A stretch of DNA of 64,000 bases from an uncultured Candidatus Saccharibacteria bacterium (GTDB lineage: Bacteria > Patescibacteriota > Minisyncoccia > Phycocordibacterales > EsbW-18): NCBI GenBank assembly GCA_964447415.1, contig CAYUSN010000002.1, positions 34,512 through 98,511 on the forward strand, given 5' to 3'. The notes below the pieces were generated by a model, which made no database searches, was not told the DNA's origin, and saw only the letters and a list, made by a program, of their open reading frames with translations. The translations under genes were made by a program, and so were the position numbers. Shown here piece by piece: positions 49,913 to 58,524 of this stretch (its first letter is position 1; every line of letters starts with the position of its first letter).

Positions 49913-50977
49913 TCAGGAAACCGTATTGACCACACCGCCGCCGATAACTTCCTCTCCGCGGTACAGCACCAGCGACTGGCCTGCGGCGATTGATTTCTGC
50001 GGTTCTGCAAACATGACCGTCAGGTGTTCGGCATCAAAGGCACATTCCTGAAGCGGCTGGCGGTAGCGGAAGCGCGCCTGATAGATGCCGCCTGGCGGCA
50101 GCACACCTGATATCCAGCGTTCGCTTTCAATATGCACTGAAGATACGTCGAATGTCCCCGTTGTTTTGAGATGCCGCGAAACCGTAATGGTATTGTTGGC
50201 CGTGTTTTTCGCGACCACATAAAACGCTCCGTCATCGGGCTGTTTGTCCGTCACCAAAAACCCGTGCCGTTGTCCGAGCGTGTACAGTACGGCGCCGTCG
50301 TGCGTGCCGATGACATGTCCGCTTTCATCAAGCACATTTCCGGGCACAACTTCAATAAATCGTTTCAAAAAATCTTTGATATCAATGTGCCCCAAAAAAC
50401 ACACCCCCTGGCTGTCTTTTTTATCCGCAACGGGCAAACCGAGTTTTTGGGCCAATTCACGCACGTGCGGCTTTTCATATGCGCCCACAGGAAAGAGAAT
50501 GCGGCGGAGCGTTTCCTGTTTCATCCGCCACAAGAAATATGACTGATCCTTATTTCCGTCAACTCCGGCGTATAAATGCGCGTTACCTTCAGCGTCTGTG
50601 TGTTGCTGCGCATAGTGACCCGTTGCGACATACTCCGCTCCCGCCTCGTGCGCCCTCGTAAAGAAAGCACCGAACTTTATCCGATCATTGCACATCACAT
50701 CCGGGTTCGGCGTTCGTCCTGCGGCATACTCCGCGATCATGTAATCGACGACTTCCTTCTTATATTCCGATTCAAGATCCATCGTTTGAAACGGTATGCC
50801 GAGGTGCGCGCACACGTCCATTGCATCCTTCCGTTCTTCCCGCCATGTACACGTCAAAAACGGCGGGTGCCATGTTTTGATAAACACCCCCGTTACATCG
50901 TGTCCCTCCTGTTTGAGAAGCGCCGCAGCCACTGAGCTGTCCACACCTCCTGACATAGCAACAAATACCTTACGCAT
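49913..50977 (-). CDS. mnmA: tRNA 2-thiouridylase
   Basis: SGGVDS, TPNPDVMCN, ATGHYA, KDQSYFL, SQGVCF. Confidence 0.97.
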   Translation of the reverse strand: MRKVFVAMSGGVDSSVAAALLKQEGHDVTGVFIKTWHPPFLTCTWREERKDAMDVCAHLGIPFQTMDLESEYKKEVVDYMIAEYAAGRTPNPDVMCNDRIKFGAFFTRAHEAGAEYVATGHYAQQHTDAEGNAHLYAGVDGNKDQSYFLWRMKQETLRRILFPVGAYEKPHVRELAQKLGLPVADKKDSQGVCFLGHIDIKDFLKRFIEVVPGNVLDESGHVIGTHDGAVLYTLGQRHGFLVTDKQPDDGAFYVVAKNTANNTITVSRHLKTTGTFDVSSVHIESERWISGVLPPGGIYQARFRYRQPLQECAFDAEHLTVMFAEPQKSIAAGQSLVLYRGEEVIGGGVVNTVS

Positions 50978-51005
50978 ACGAAACAGCGTATCATGCCCAC
51001 AAAAT

Positions 51006-51034
51006 TTGACACTTCAGTGCTTGTGCTGTATTAT
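51006..51034 (+). promoter_or_regulatory. near-consensus sigma-70 promoter
   Basis: TTGACA-17 nt-TATTAT. Confidence 0.8.
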
Positions 51035-51040
51035 TAACGA

Positions 51041-51159
51041 AGAAAGGCGGGGTATTCGGGTACATGCTCCTCGCCTCGCGGCCGTGCCGCGGCATCTCCA
51101 GCAAGTACCCTCTCCTCCCCCCTCGGCGGGACTTCCCTCCACCGCCGAGGGGCTTTTTT
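51041..51159 (+). ncRNA. candidate small RNA of about 120 nt with C-rich unpaired motifs
   Basis: Lies between a consensus promoter and an 11-bp GC stem plus T6 terminator; nested stems; no credible plus-strand ORF. Confidence 0.65.
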
Positions 51160-51207
51160 ATATAAAAAATATAGAAGTGAGTGCGTGAGCGCGGTATACT
51201 ACCTTCA

Positions 51208-51720
51208 ATGAAGACCATCGTTCAAAAAGAAGACCCCGTGTTGCGGACAACGGCACAGCCTGTTTCGCAAGAAGATATCGGAAGTAAAAAATTAACGTCA
51301 ATCATCACCGCCATGAAAAAGGCTCTGGCAAAAGAGCCTGATGGTGTTGCTATTGCCGCGCCGCAAATCGGCGTGCCGCTGCGTATCTTTGTTGTTTCGG
51401 GAAAAGTGTTTAAAAAAGAAAGCGATGAAACCGTGCCTGAAGACCGCGTCTTCATCAATCCTGAAATTACCAAGCTTTCAAAAGAAAAAGACTGGCTTGA
51501 AGAGGGTTGTCTTTCCGTGCGCTGGAAGTACGGCGAGGTGCCCCGTGCGTTGAAGGCGACCGTGCGCGCACTTGATGCCCAAGGCAAAAAATTTACGCTC
51601 GGCGGTTCCGATCTTCTCGCGCAGATTTTTCAGCACGAGAACGACCACCTCAACGGCATCCTTTTTATCGACACTGCACGTAATGTCCGTGATATTCCGC
51701 CGCAAAAAGACGATGGCTAA
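51208..51720 (+). CDS. def: peptide deformylase
   Basis: G.AIAAPQIG, EGCLS, QHENDHLNG. Confidence 0.97.
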   Translation: MKTIVQKEDPVLRTTAQPVSQEDIGSKKLTSIITAMKKALAKEPDGVAIAAPQIGVPLRIFVVSGKVFKKESDETVPEDRVFINPEITKLSKEKDWLEEGCLSVRWKYGEVPRALKATVRALDAQGKKFTLGGSDLLAQIFQHENDHLNGILFIDTARNVRDIPPQKDDG

Positions 51721-52576
51721 TGTTCCGCCTTTTGTATTCTTCGGGACCCCTGATATTGCCGTCGTGTCCCTTGAAGCGCTCAAAAAAGCCGGCTGTCTGC
51801 CCGTGCTTGTGGTGACCGCCCCTAACACACACCAAGGACGCGGAATGGTGCTTACCCCGTCTCCTGCGGCGCAGTGGGCGGATACCAACGGCATACCGAC
51901 ACTGAAACCGCAAAAACTATCTGATCCCGACTTAGCGGAGACGTTGCGTGCGTCGGGTGCCGACGTTTTTGTTGTTGTCGCGTACGGAAAAATAATTCCG
52001 CAGGCACTGCTGGATATCCCGAAGTTCGGCACACTCAATATGCATCCGTCGCTGCTTCCCCGTCACCGCGGACCCTCCCCGATAGAATCGCAGATACTTT
52101 CCGAAACGGATAAAAACAGTGTCGGTATTTCCGTCATGCTTCTTGATGAAAAAATGGATCATGGCCCCGTGCTCGCCAAGGAAACCGTTGCCGATGAGCT
52201 AAACGACTGGCCGGTGCCCGCGTCCGTACTCCGGCCGTTGCTTGCACGGCGCGGAGCGGCACTGCTTGCCACAGTTCTTCCGCGCTATATCGCCGGAGAA
52301 CTTTCACCCGTGCCGCAAAATGACGCCGAAGCAACCTACTGCACAATGATAAAGAAAGAGGACGCGCTTATTAATCTCTCCGGTAACCCGCACGTAAACT
52401 ATCTCAAGGTGCTCGCGTACGATATCTGGCCGCGTGCCTACTTTTTCACCGAGAAAAACGGAAAAAAAATCCGCGTCGTCGTCACCTCAGCACGGTATGA
52501 ACATGACACACTGATACTCGAGCGCGTCATTCCCGAGGGAAAAAAAGAAATGACGTACGGTGATTTTGTCCGCTAG
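51713..52576 (+). CDS. fmt: methionyl-tRNA formyltransferase
   Basis: FFGTP, VVAYG.I, N.HPSLLP..RG..P, MD.GP. Confidence 0.95.
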   Translation: MANVPPFVFFGTPDIAVVSLEALKKAGCLPVLVVTAPNTHQGRGMVLTPSPAAQWADTNGIPTLKPQKLSDPDLAETLRASGADVFVVVAYGKIIPQALLDIPKFGTLNMHPSLLPRHRGPSPIESQILSETDKNSVGISVMLLDEKMDHGPVLAKETVADELNDWPVPASVLRPLLARRGAALLATVLPRYIAGELSPVPQNDAEATYCTMIKKEDALINLSGNPHVNYLKVLAYDIWPRAYFFTEKNGKKIRVVVTSARYEHDTLILERVIPEGKKEMTYGDFVR

Positions 52577-52956
52577 GCTTCGTCACCCCTTCCGAAGCCG
52601 AATTTTCTGATGAAATCCTTGAACATTCGGGCGCCGCGGCGTCCGCTTTTTGTTTTTCGCTCTTTACGCCTTCGCACTTCATCAAGCAGCTCATCTTTTG
52701 CCACATCAATCGCCGCGTACAGATCCTCTTCCTGCGCAACAACTCGAATAAGATCCCCCGGAACGGTGAGGTTTATTTCGCACCGAAAAATGTTTCCCGA
52801 TTGGTGGTGGTGTGTCGTCTGACCGATTTCAACATCCGCCTGTGCGATGATTTTCTGATCGATAAATTTATCCAGCGACCGCATTTTATCCTCGACGTAC
52901 GAGCGAAGTGCGGGCGTCATACCGATGCCCGTTGCTTTGAGATTGATGTTGATCAT
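52573..52956 (-). CDS. hpf: ribosome hibernation promoting factor (RaiA/HPF)
   Basis: T.AL..YV..K...L.K, DLYAAID. Confidence 0.9.
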   Translation of the reverse strand: MININLKATGIGMTPALRSYVEDKMRSLDKFIDQKIIAQADVEIGQTTHHHQSGNIFRCEINLTVPGDLIRVVAQEEDLYAAIDVAKDELLDEVRRRKERKTKSGRRGARMFKDFIRKFGFGRGDEA

Positions 52957-52984
52957 ACAAAGGTATGGTCAGCGGGTAATGTGT

Positions 52985-53206
52985 TCATTCTAGCACCTCA
53001 ATGGTTTTATTTCTCCCCCGATGCCCTGTTTTCATCCGAAGTTTTTTCAGAGGAATGTGTAGCTGTTTTGACAGAAGTTCCAGTATGCGCAGATTCGCGC
53101 GGTTCTCTTGCGCCTTCTCTTTTACGGAAACACTGTACGTTCCGTTTGTGCGCTTTTCAAAAAACTCCTTCCGCGCGCCCGGTGTAGCTTTTACTTTCAG
53201 ATACAT
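52985..53206 (-). CDS. DUF167/YggU family protein
   Basis: V...PGA, V...A....AN, G...R.K. Confidence 0.85.
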   Translation of the reverse strand: MYLKVKATPGARKEFFEKRTNGTYSVSVKEKAQENRANLRILELLSKQLHIPLKKLRMKTGHRGRNKTIEVLE

Positions 53207-53243
53207 ACCGTCATTGTACACGTGCCCGGTATCCCTATAAACG

Positions 53244-53441
53244 TGTAAACGCCTCCACTTGCGTGGAGACGTTTACAGAGTAAATAGTATAAAACCTCCA
53301 AAATATTGCAACCCCAGTTATCCACACATCCGTTTTTTGTCCTTTTTCCCTCCAAAAATGCAAATGCCTCCACTTGCGTGGAGACACCTGCATTGAAAAT
53401 GCTACACCCACCCCATACGTCTGGCAAGTAAGTTATCCACA
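53244..53441 (-). repeat. two tandem 115-bp units, each with a DnaA box, a promoter and a hairpin with identical 20-nt core
   Basis: GCCTCCACTTGCGTGGAGAC at 53251 and 53366; TTATCCACA at 53318 and 53433 (same 67-nt offset). Confidence 0.85.
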
Positions 53442-53837
53442 GATTCGCTTACCCCCCGAGGAAAGGGCAAATAGTAAAGAGCCGCGCACTGGTGGTTCGC
53501 AGCTCTTTAGAGGCACTCTCTGTAGGAGATGTACTTGTTATATACAACCCTCAGCGGGCCTACGTATCATTAAGAAGAAAGATCATAGTACAAATACCAT
53601 TACTTCGTTCGGAGTGTGCACCACAAACGAGTTTTGTAGTAATCCACGGTATCTTGTGGCACACGGAGAGCATCAGGCTAAAATATAAGGCGCGTCCTTC
53701 ATGGAGAAGGAGTGCAAAAAACATGGTGACCTGTGGTGTCTCCGGCGCCATGCGCGGTCGACCGCCGCGCGATACCATCTGATTTAAAAATAGCGCACGG
53801 GCACTGAAAAAAAGATGAAGAAGTGCTGACTTCGCAA

Positions 53838-54947
53838 TTACCGTTTGGAAAAGTCAATTTCGATTTCGCGGTGTGATTTTCCTCGTGTTGCGGTCCGGTT
53901 GTTTTCAAGATCACCGCACGGCAGCGATACAATAACAGTGGTGCCTTTTTGCGGAAGGCTCTGCAACGTAATTTTTCCGTGATGAATTTTCACCAGTTCG
54001 TTGACCACGGCAAGTCCCAATCCGCTGCCGCCATGGCGACGTACGCGCGAGCGGTCGGCACGATAAAACGGCTCAAATACATGGAACAGGTCCTCGCGCG
54101 AAATACCGACACCGGTGTCCTGCACACGCAACTCAATAAAGTTACGGTAATCAGGCTCAACGGAGATACGGATTAAACCCTTTTCGGGGGTGTACGCAAT
54201 GGCGTTTTTAAGCAGGTTCATAACAATTTGCTCAAGCGCGCTCTTGTTCCCCCGTACAATACGAAACTCCCCTTTTTCAATGCTGATATCCATCTCTTTG
54301 TGCCCGGCAAAGTGCGACATTTTTTTGACCACAGAAGTCACCACGGCGCCCAAATCCACGTTTTCAAACTCCATCTTCTCCGGACGGAGCAGCAGGTTGA
54401 ATGAAAGAAGGTTATTGATAATGTCGGAAATACGGTCAAGCTCCTCAATGTTGCTTTTGAGCATCTGTTTTATTTTCGGCGTTACGTCGCCGTCCAACAG
54501 TCCCACTTCGATGTTTGTTTTGATGATGGAAAGCGGTGTGCGGAGTTCGTGCGCCACATTACCGATAAACTGCTTCTGACTTGCAAGTGTGTTTTTCGCC
54601 GGCTTAAGCGTAATGCGGGTGACGATATACCCGAGCACAATAGTCACCGTAGCAACGGCGCCCGCAGTGAGCAGAAAACCCTTCGTGCGCACATAGGCGA
54701 TGTTTTGTAGAACCAAATCCGATGATTCCGGAGTCACCGGAGCACTCACCCCTTCCCGTATTCCCGTAATAAGCGTGATGAGAATATCCCGATACAGATA
54801 ATCAAAACCGATGGCGATAGACGCCACAATCACCAGCGACGAAACGATATTCAGCAGGATGACGTTCCATGTAGTCCGAAAAAAAACGTCGAACTTATAC
54901 TTGTTCACTAAGCCGGTAGCCAATGCCGCGAACCGTTTCCAGTACAT
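53838..54947 (-). CDS. sensor histidine kinase (start uncertain)
   Basis: AHELRTPL H box, NLLKNAI.Y N box, DTG.GI, FEPFYR, GSGLGL; two TMs. Confidence 0.93.
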   Translation of the reverse strand: MYWKRFAALATGLVNKYKFDVFFRTTWNVILLNIVSSLVIVASIAIGFDYLYRDILITLITGIREGVSAPVTPESSDLVLQNIAYVRTKGFLLTAGAVATVTIVLGYIVTRITLKPAKNTLASQKQFIGNVAHELRTPLSIIKTNIEVGLLDGDVTPKIKQMLKSNIEELDRISDIINNLLSFNLLLRPEKMEFENVDLGAVVTSVVKKMSHFAGHKEMDISIEKGEFRIVRGNKSALEQIVMNLLKNAIAYTPEKGLIRISVEPDYRNFIELRVQDTGVGISREDLFHVFEPFYRADRSRVRRHGGSGLGLAVVNELVKIHHGKITLQSLPQKGTTVIVSLPCGDLENNRTATRGKSHREIEIDFSKR

Positions 54948-55575
54948 CCGGACGACCCCCCACGTTAAGTTTTCTACGAAGGTTTTTGACATGCACGTCT
55001 ATCACGTTACTAAATGACTCATAATTAAAGTCCCATAAATGTACCAGTAAATCCTCCCTGTTAATCACCTCCTTCGGGCGACGCATAAAGTACTCCAGAA
55101 GATAAAATTCCTTGAGCGTCAGAGAAATCGGTTTTCCGTCGCGGGTGACCGTGTGCTCGACCGGATTCAGCTCAATATCCTGGAATCGGAGCACCTCCGG
55201 AACCATATCAGCGGGCCGTCGCAACAGCGCATGAATGCGCGCCAACAGCTCATCGAACGAAAAAGGTTTGACCATGTAGTCATCCGCACCCGAGAGCAGC
55301 AGGTTCACCTTGTTCTCCGTCTCGTTCCGTGCCGTGAGCACCAGAATCGGCGTCGTAATATCAAGCGCCCGGGCCTCTTTGCAGATTTGCAACCCGTCTT
55401 TGGAAGGAAGCATGAGGTCGAGGATGATAAGGTCATACTCGCTGTGGTTAAGCGATATCCGGCTAAACGCCTTTTCACCGTCATTCAGTGCGTCAACGGC
55501 ATACCCCTTCTTGGTAAGCCCCGCAACAAGTGCGTCTGCGAGCTTTTTTTCGTCTTCAACTACAAGTATTCTCAT
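54895..55575 (-). CDS. OmpR-family response regulator
   Basis: ILVVEDE, LDLMLP, GADDY.VKPF, TVRGIGY. Confidence 0.96.
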   Translation of the reverse strand: MRILVVEDEKKLADALVAGLTKKGYAVDALNDGEKAFSRISLNHSEYDLIILDLMLPSKDGLQICKEARALDITTPILVLTARNETENKVNLLLSGADDYMVKPFSFDELLARIHALLRRPADMVPEVLRFQDIELNPVEHTVTRDGKPISLTLKEFYLLEYFMRRPKEVINREDLLVHLWDFNYESFSNVIDVHVKNLRRKLNVGGRPDVLETVRGIGYRLSEQV

Positions 55576-55635
55576 GGTTGTGCTGGATGCGCTGGTAATA
55601 AATACCGAAAGTACAGCCTAAAACAAGCATCGTGA

Positions 55636-55651
55636 ACGCTTCATGAAGCGT
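55636..55651. promoter_or_regulatory. perfect 16-bp palindrome upstream of the response regulator
   Basis: ACGCTTCATGAAGCGT. Confidence 0.5.
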
Positions 55652-55699
55652 CTTCTTAAATATGATGGCGGAAAAGTCGCTCCTTCGTTACACTTTGTA

Positions 55700-56269
55700 T
55701 TACTGCGTCCGTTGATACCTGCCCACAAGTTGCGCCTGTTGCAGAATGTGTCCTTCCATTGCCTGTTCCACCTCTTTTTTTGTCACTCCCTCAGAAAAAG
55801 AGAGTGTCGAGTCAAGTGCGTAGAGTTTGAAAAAGTAGCGGTGTTCGCTCGGTTCGTACTCAGGGGGCGGACACGGTCCTGCGTACGCCGGCTCTCCTCT
55901 GCCGTTTGCACCGGCAATACCCACGGTTCCTCCCTCAGGAATGCCGCGCGTCTCCGGCGGAATGTTAAAAAGCACCCAGTGATCAAACACACCGTCGGGA
56001 CGAAGCGCTTTCGGTACATCAGGATCATCCATAATCAACACGAGTGATACCGTATCCTCGGGAACATCAGTAAATGAAAGCGCGGGAGACAGTGTCCGGT
56101 TGCCGTCGCATGTATAGAGACTCGGAATCAACGCGCCGTCTTCAAACGCAGAACTGGTGATACGCATAACTGTTTCAGTTACTTCCTGCTGCTGCGTTGA
56201 GAGTTTTTGCAGAAGCAGTGCGGTGCCGATTAACGCCGCGATAATAATAACGGTAGATAGGTATTTCAT
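55700..56269 (-). CDS. YbhB/YbcL (PEBP) family protein with N-terminal TM
   Basis: DDPD.P, HWVLFNIP, Y.GPCPP, HRY.F.LYALD. Confidence 0.92.
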   Translation of the reverse strand: MKYLSTVIIIAALIGTALLLQKLSTQQQEVTETVMRITSSAFEDGALIPSLYTCDGNRTLSPALSFTDVPEDTVSLVLIMDDPDVPKALRPDGVFDHWVLFNIPPETRGIPEGGTVGIAGANGRGEPAYAGPCPPPEYEPSEHRYFFKLYALDSTLSFSEGVTKKEVEQAMEGHILQQAQLVGRYQRTQ

Positions 56270-56288
56270 AGAACTTCAGTATAGCAAA

Positions 56289-56840
56289 TCAGTCTGTACG
56301 CTCCTTCAACAAATCCGCAAACTTTTTTTGTACCTTTTCCAGCTTCGGGTTTATGACAATTTGACAGTACGCCTTTTCCGGGTGACGGGCAAAATACTCT
56401 TTATGGTCTGCTTCCGCTTCATACCATTGTGTAAGCGGTGTAATTTCCGTCACCACATGACCGCCGAGTGTGCTCTGTTTTTCAAGTTCACCGACATACC
56501 GTTCCGCCTCTTCTTTTTGTTGCGGTGTTGTGTAAAAAATCGCCGAACGGTACTGCGTGCCGACATCGTTGCCCTGCCGATTGGGTGTTGTCGGGTCATG
56601 CGTCGCAAAAAACACCGTCAGCAAATCATGGAAGGTAATCACACCGGGGTCATATTCAATCCGCGCCGCCTCCGCATGACCGGTTGTTCCCGAGCACACC
56701 TCTTCATATGTTGGGTGCTCAGTTGTTCCACCGGTATATCCGGGCACAACTGAAACAACGCCGCGAAGCTCTTTGAAAACCGCCTCCGTACACCAGAAGC
56801 ATCCCCCGCCGAACACAGCTACTTCATATTTGTGTTCCAT
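56289..56840 (-). CDS. msrA: peptide-methionine (S)-S-oxide reductase
   Basis: GGCFWC, PTYEEVC.G.TGHAE, G.QYRS.IF. Confidence 0.97.
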   Translation of the reverse strand: MEHKYEVAVFGGGCFWCTEAVFKELRGVVSVVPGYTGGTTEHPTYEEVCSGTTGHAEAARIEYDPGVITFHDLLTVFFATHDPTTPNRQGNDVGTQYRSAIFYTTPQQKEEAERYVGELEKQSTLGGHVVTEITPLTQWYEAEADHKEYFARHPEKAYCQIVINPKLEKVQKKFADLLKERTD

Positions 56841-56885
56841 AGAGCAATAACACACCCGCTACCGCAGCCGAACAAATAAGTCCGT

Positions 56886-57746
56886 CTAATCAAAAATATT
56901 GAGGAGATACTTATCAATATCCCGCTGGTCCATGTCGTAAAAATTCATTTTCTTTCGATGGAGTACGCGCGCCAAATCCCTGCCCACAAACCGCCAGTGC
57001 CACGGTTCAAACTGGTAGTAGGTGTTGCCCGGCGGGTATGAAAGAATAAATCCGTATTTGTATGCGTTGTCTTGCAGCCACTTATACGCTTCCGTATTGC
57101 CGAATCCGTCCAGACCGCCGTTTAATCCCGTCGTCGTAAAATCAACCGTGGTTCCCAGTTGGTGTTCCGAATAGCCCTGGTCGGCTGAGAACGCATTCGC
57201 TCCGGTGCCGTAGCTCACAGTATACCCCGTCTTCAGTGCCGCCTGTGTGCCGAATGAACGGTACGCGGAGCGGACAAACAACTCAACATCGTCGTCTTTC
57301 GCATCTTCAATAATATCTTCCAGAAACGATCTGACACTTCGGTGAATCTGCTGTGTGACACTTTCATCATAGAGATAATCCTTGTCGATGTTTACCAACC
57401 TCGGTGGTTCGTAGTTTTCATTCAAAAAATACACTTTGGAGTATTTCTGCAGTAGCTGAGGATCCAGCTTGCTCAGTTTTTCAAATTCCCCGACCGTGCC
57501 GGAGAGCTCTTCCACCTGGTCCTCAAGATTTCTTACGCGTGATTCCTGCAGATTCACTTCGTCGCGCAAATCCGCTTTTTCTTCCTCCGCCTTCGCAAGC
57601 TCGCTCTGAAGCGCCTGCACGGAGCTTGATGCCGCCACATACAGTCCGTTGAGTACGTAAAAACGATATCCGCCGTATCCGAGCGCCACAACGAGCACTC
57701 CTGCGAGTATCAAAAGCGCGTTTACTGTTTTTGGGGTCGGCTCCAT
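56886..57746 (-). CDS. M15B D-Ala-D-Ala carboxypeptidase with TM and coiled-coil stalk
   Basis: SAYRS, SEHQLG..VD, EPWHWR.VG. Confidence 0.9.
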   Translation of the reverse strand: MEPTPKTVNALLILAGVLVVALGYGGYRFYVLNGLYVAASSSVQALQSELAKAEEEKADLRDEVNLQESRVRNLEDQVEELSGTVGEFEKLSKLDPQLLQKYSKVYFLNENYEPPRLVNIDKDYLYDESVTQQIHRSVRSFLEDIIEDAKDDDVELFVRSAYRSFGTQAALKTGYTVSYGTGANAFSADQGYSEHQLGTTVDFTTTGLNGGLDGFGNTEAYKWLQDNAYKYGFILSYPPGNTYYQFEPWHWRFVGRDLARVLHRKKMNFYDMDQRDIDKYLLNIFD

Positions 57747-57857
57747 GAATACAAAAATAACGTCTGCTGATTGTATCACCTTTTAATATACGAAAAAACG
57801 AAAAGGCACCCCGTACGGCGACGAGGTGCCCTGCTGACTTCTTCTGCCGATTCTGTC

Positions 57858-58115
57858 CTAGAAGGACTGGACCGGCAGGAGGAACATGGCCGCCTTCTGG
57901 CGGGGCTGGATGAACAGCTTCCCGCAGAAGACCTTGAGGCGGGCCGGCTTGCGACCCGTCGGGGCGTGCTTGACGCCCGAGCCGCGGCGCGCCATACGCT
58001 TGAGCTCGCCGAGCTCCATCTCCGTGTAGCTGTCGACCCGGTGCGAGCGGCGCTCCTTCTTCCACCAGAGCTGACGGCGGCGGGCGCGGCGACCCTTCAT
58101 CTCGAAGATTCCCAT
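57858..58115 (-). CDS. orphan Arg/Lys-rich protein (85 aa)
   Basis: GGAGGAG SD, TTGACA-17-TATCGT promoter (58197-58169), GGCACC/GGTGCC hairpin plus T tract. Confidence 0.65.
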   Translation of the reverse strand: MGIFEMKGRRARRRQLWWKKERRSHRVDSYTEMELGELKRMARRGSGVKHAPTGRKPARLKVFCGKLFIQPRQKAAMFLLPVQSF

Positions 58116-58207
58116 GTTTCTCCTCCACTTGAAACCGCACGGAATTGCGCAGTCTCACTCCTTTTTTTACGATATCACAGAATAGTCATTCTGTCAATAT
58201 GTTTGTG

Positions 58208-58396
58208 TTATTTTGAGAGCTTAAAGCCCCAGTACGCCATATATCCGGCAACGGCAACCGCAATCCAGCTGACCCCCATAGGCACCACCCACCCCGCGAC
58301 ATACGCCAGTTCTCCGGAGAGTACGCGCCATAGATGTAATAGGGCGATGATAAGAAAAATTGCACTTGTCGCGGATAAATATGTTTTTTGATTCAT
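58208..58396 (-). CDS. small two-TM membrane protein
   Basis: 62-aa hydrophobic ORF with an H..R motif. Confidence 0.75.
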   Translation of the reverse strand: MNQKTYLSATSAIFLIIALLHLWRVLSGELAYVAGWVVPMGVSWIAVAVAGYMAYWGFKLSK

Positions 58397-58524
58397 ACGG
58401 TTATATTAATGAAAAACTAATAAACCTTTTTATACACTTTACAGTGTAAAACGTATGAAAAAGAGTACGAGTAGAGCGTGGGATAACTTGAAACGTTTTG
58501 TGTCCGGCACGGTATACTATATAT

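Noticed and set aside
50991-51218. 75-aa minus-strand ORF across the sRNA candidate
   Set aside because: It overlaps def, has low-complexity composition, and the promoter and T tract point to plus-strand non-coding transcription.
53251-53385. Two identical 20-mers as a possible CRISPR array
   Set aside because: Only two copies, the 95-nt spacer is too long, and there is no cas operon; the Cas4-like nuclease at 47 kb is solitary.
53439-53470. RNase P RNA-like words ACAGATTCGCTTAC and GAGGAAAG
   Set aside because: They are adjacent and in the wrong order, and the P4 pairing (GAAAGUCC with GGCUU) is absent.
53244-53840. Replication origin call
   Set aside because: Only two DnaA boxes, no dnaA/dnaN nearby, no clear unwinding element, and GC skew could not be computed; kept only as a testable possibility.
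57523-58391. Long overlapping ORFs of 211 aa (-) and 206 aa (+)
   Set aside because: They are shadow frames of a GC-rich stretch; only 57858-58115 has a promoter, SD and terminator.
58433-58448. TACACT-N4-AGTGTA inverted repeat between divergent genes
   Set aside because: Short, in AT-rich DNA, single copy and with no assignable regulator.
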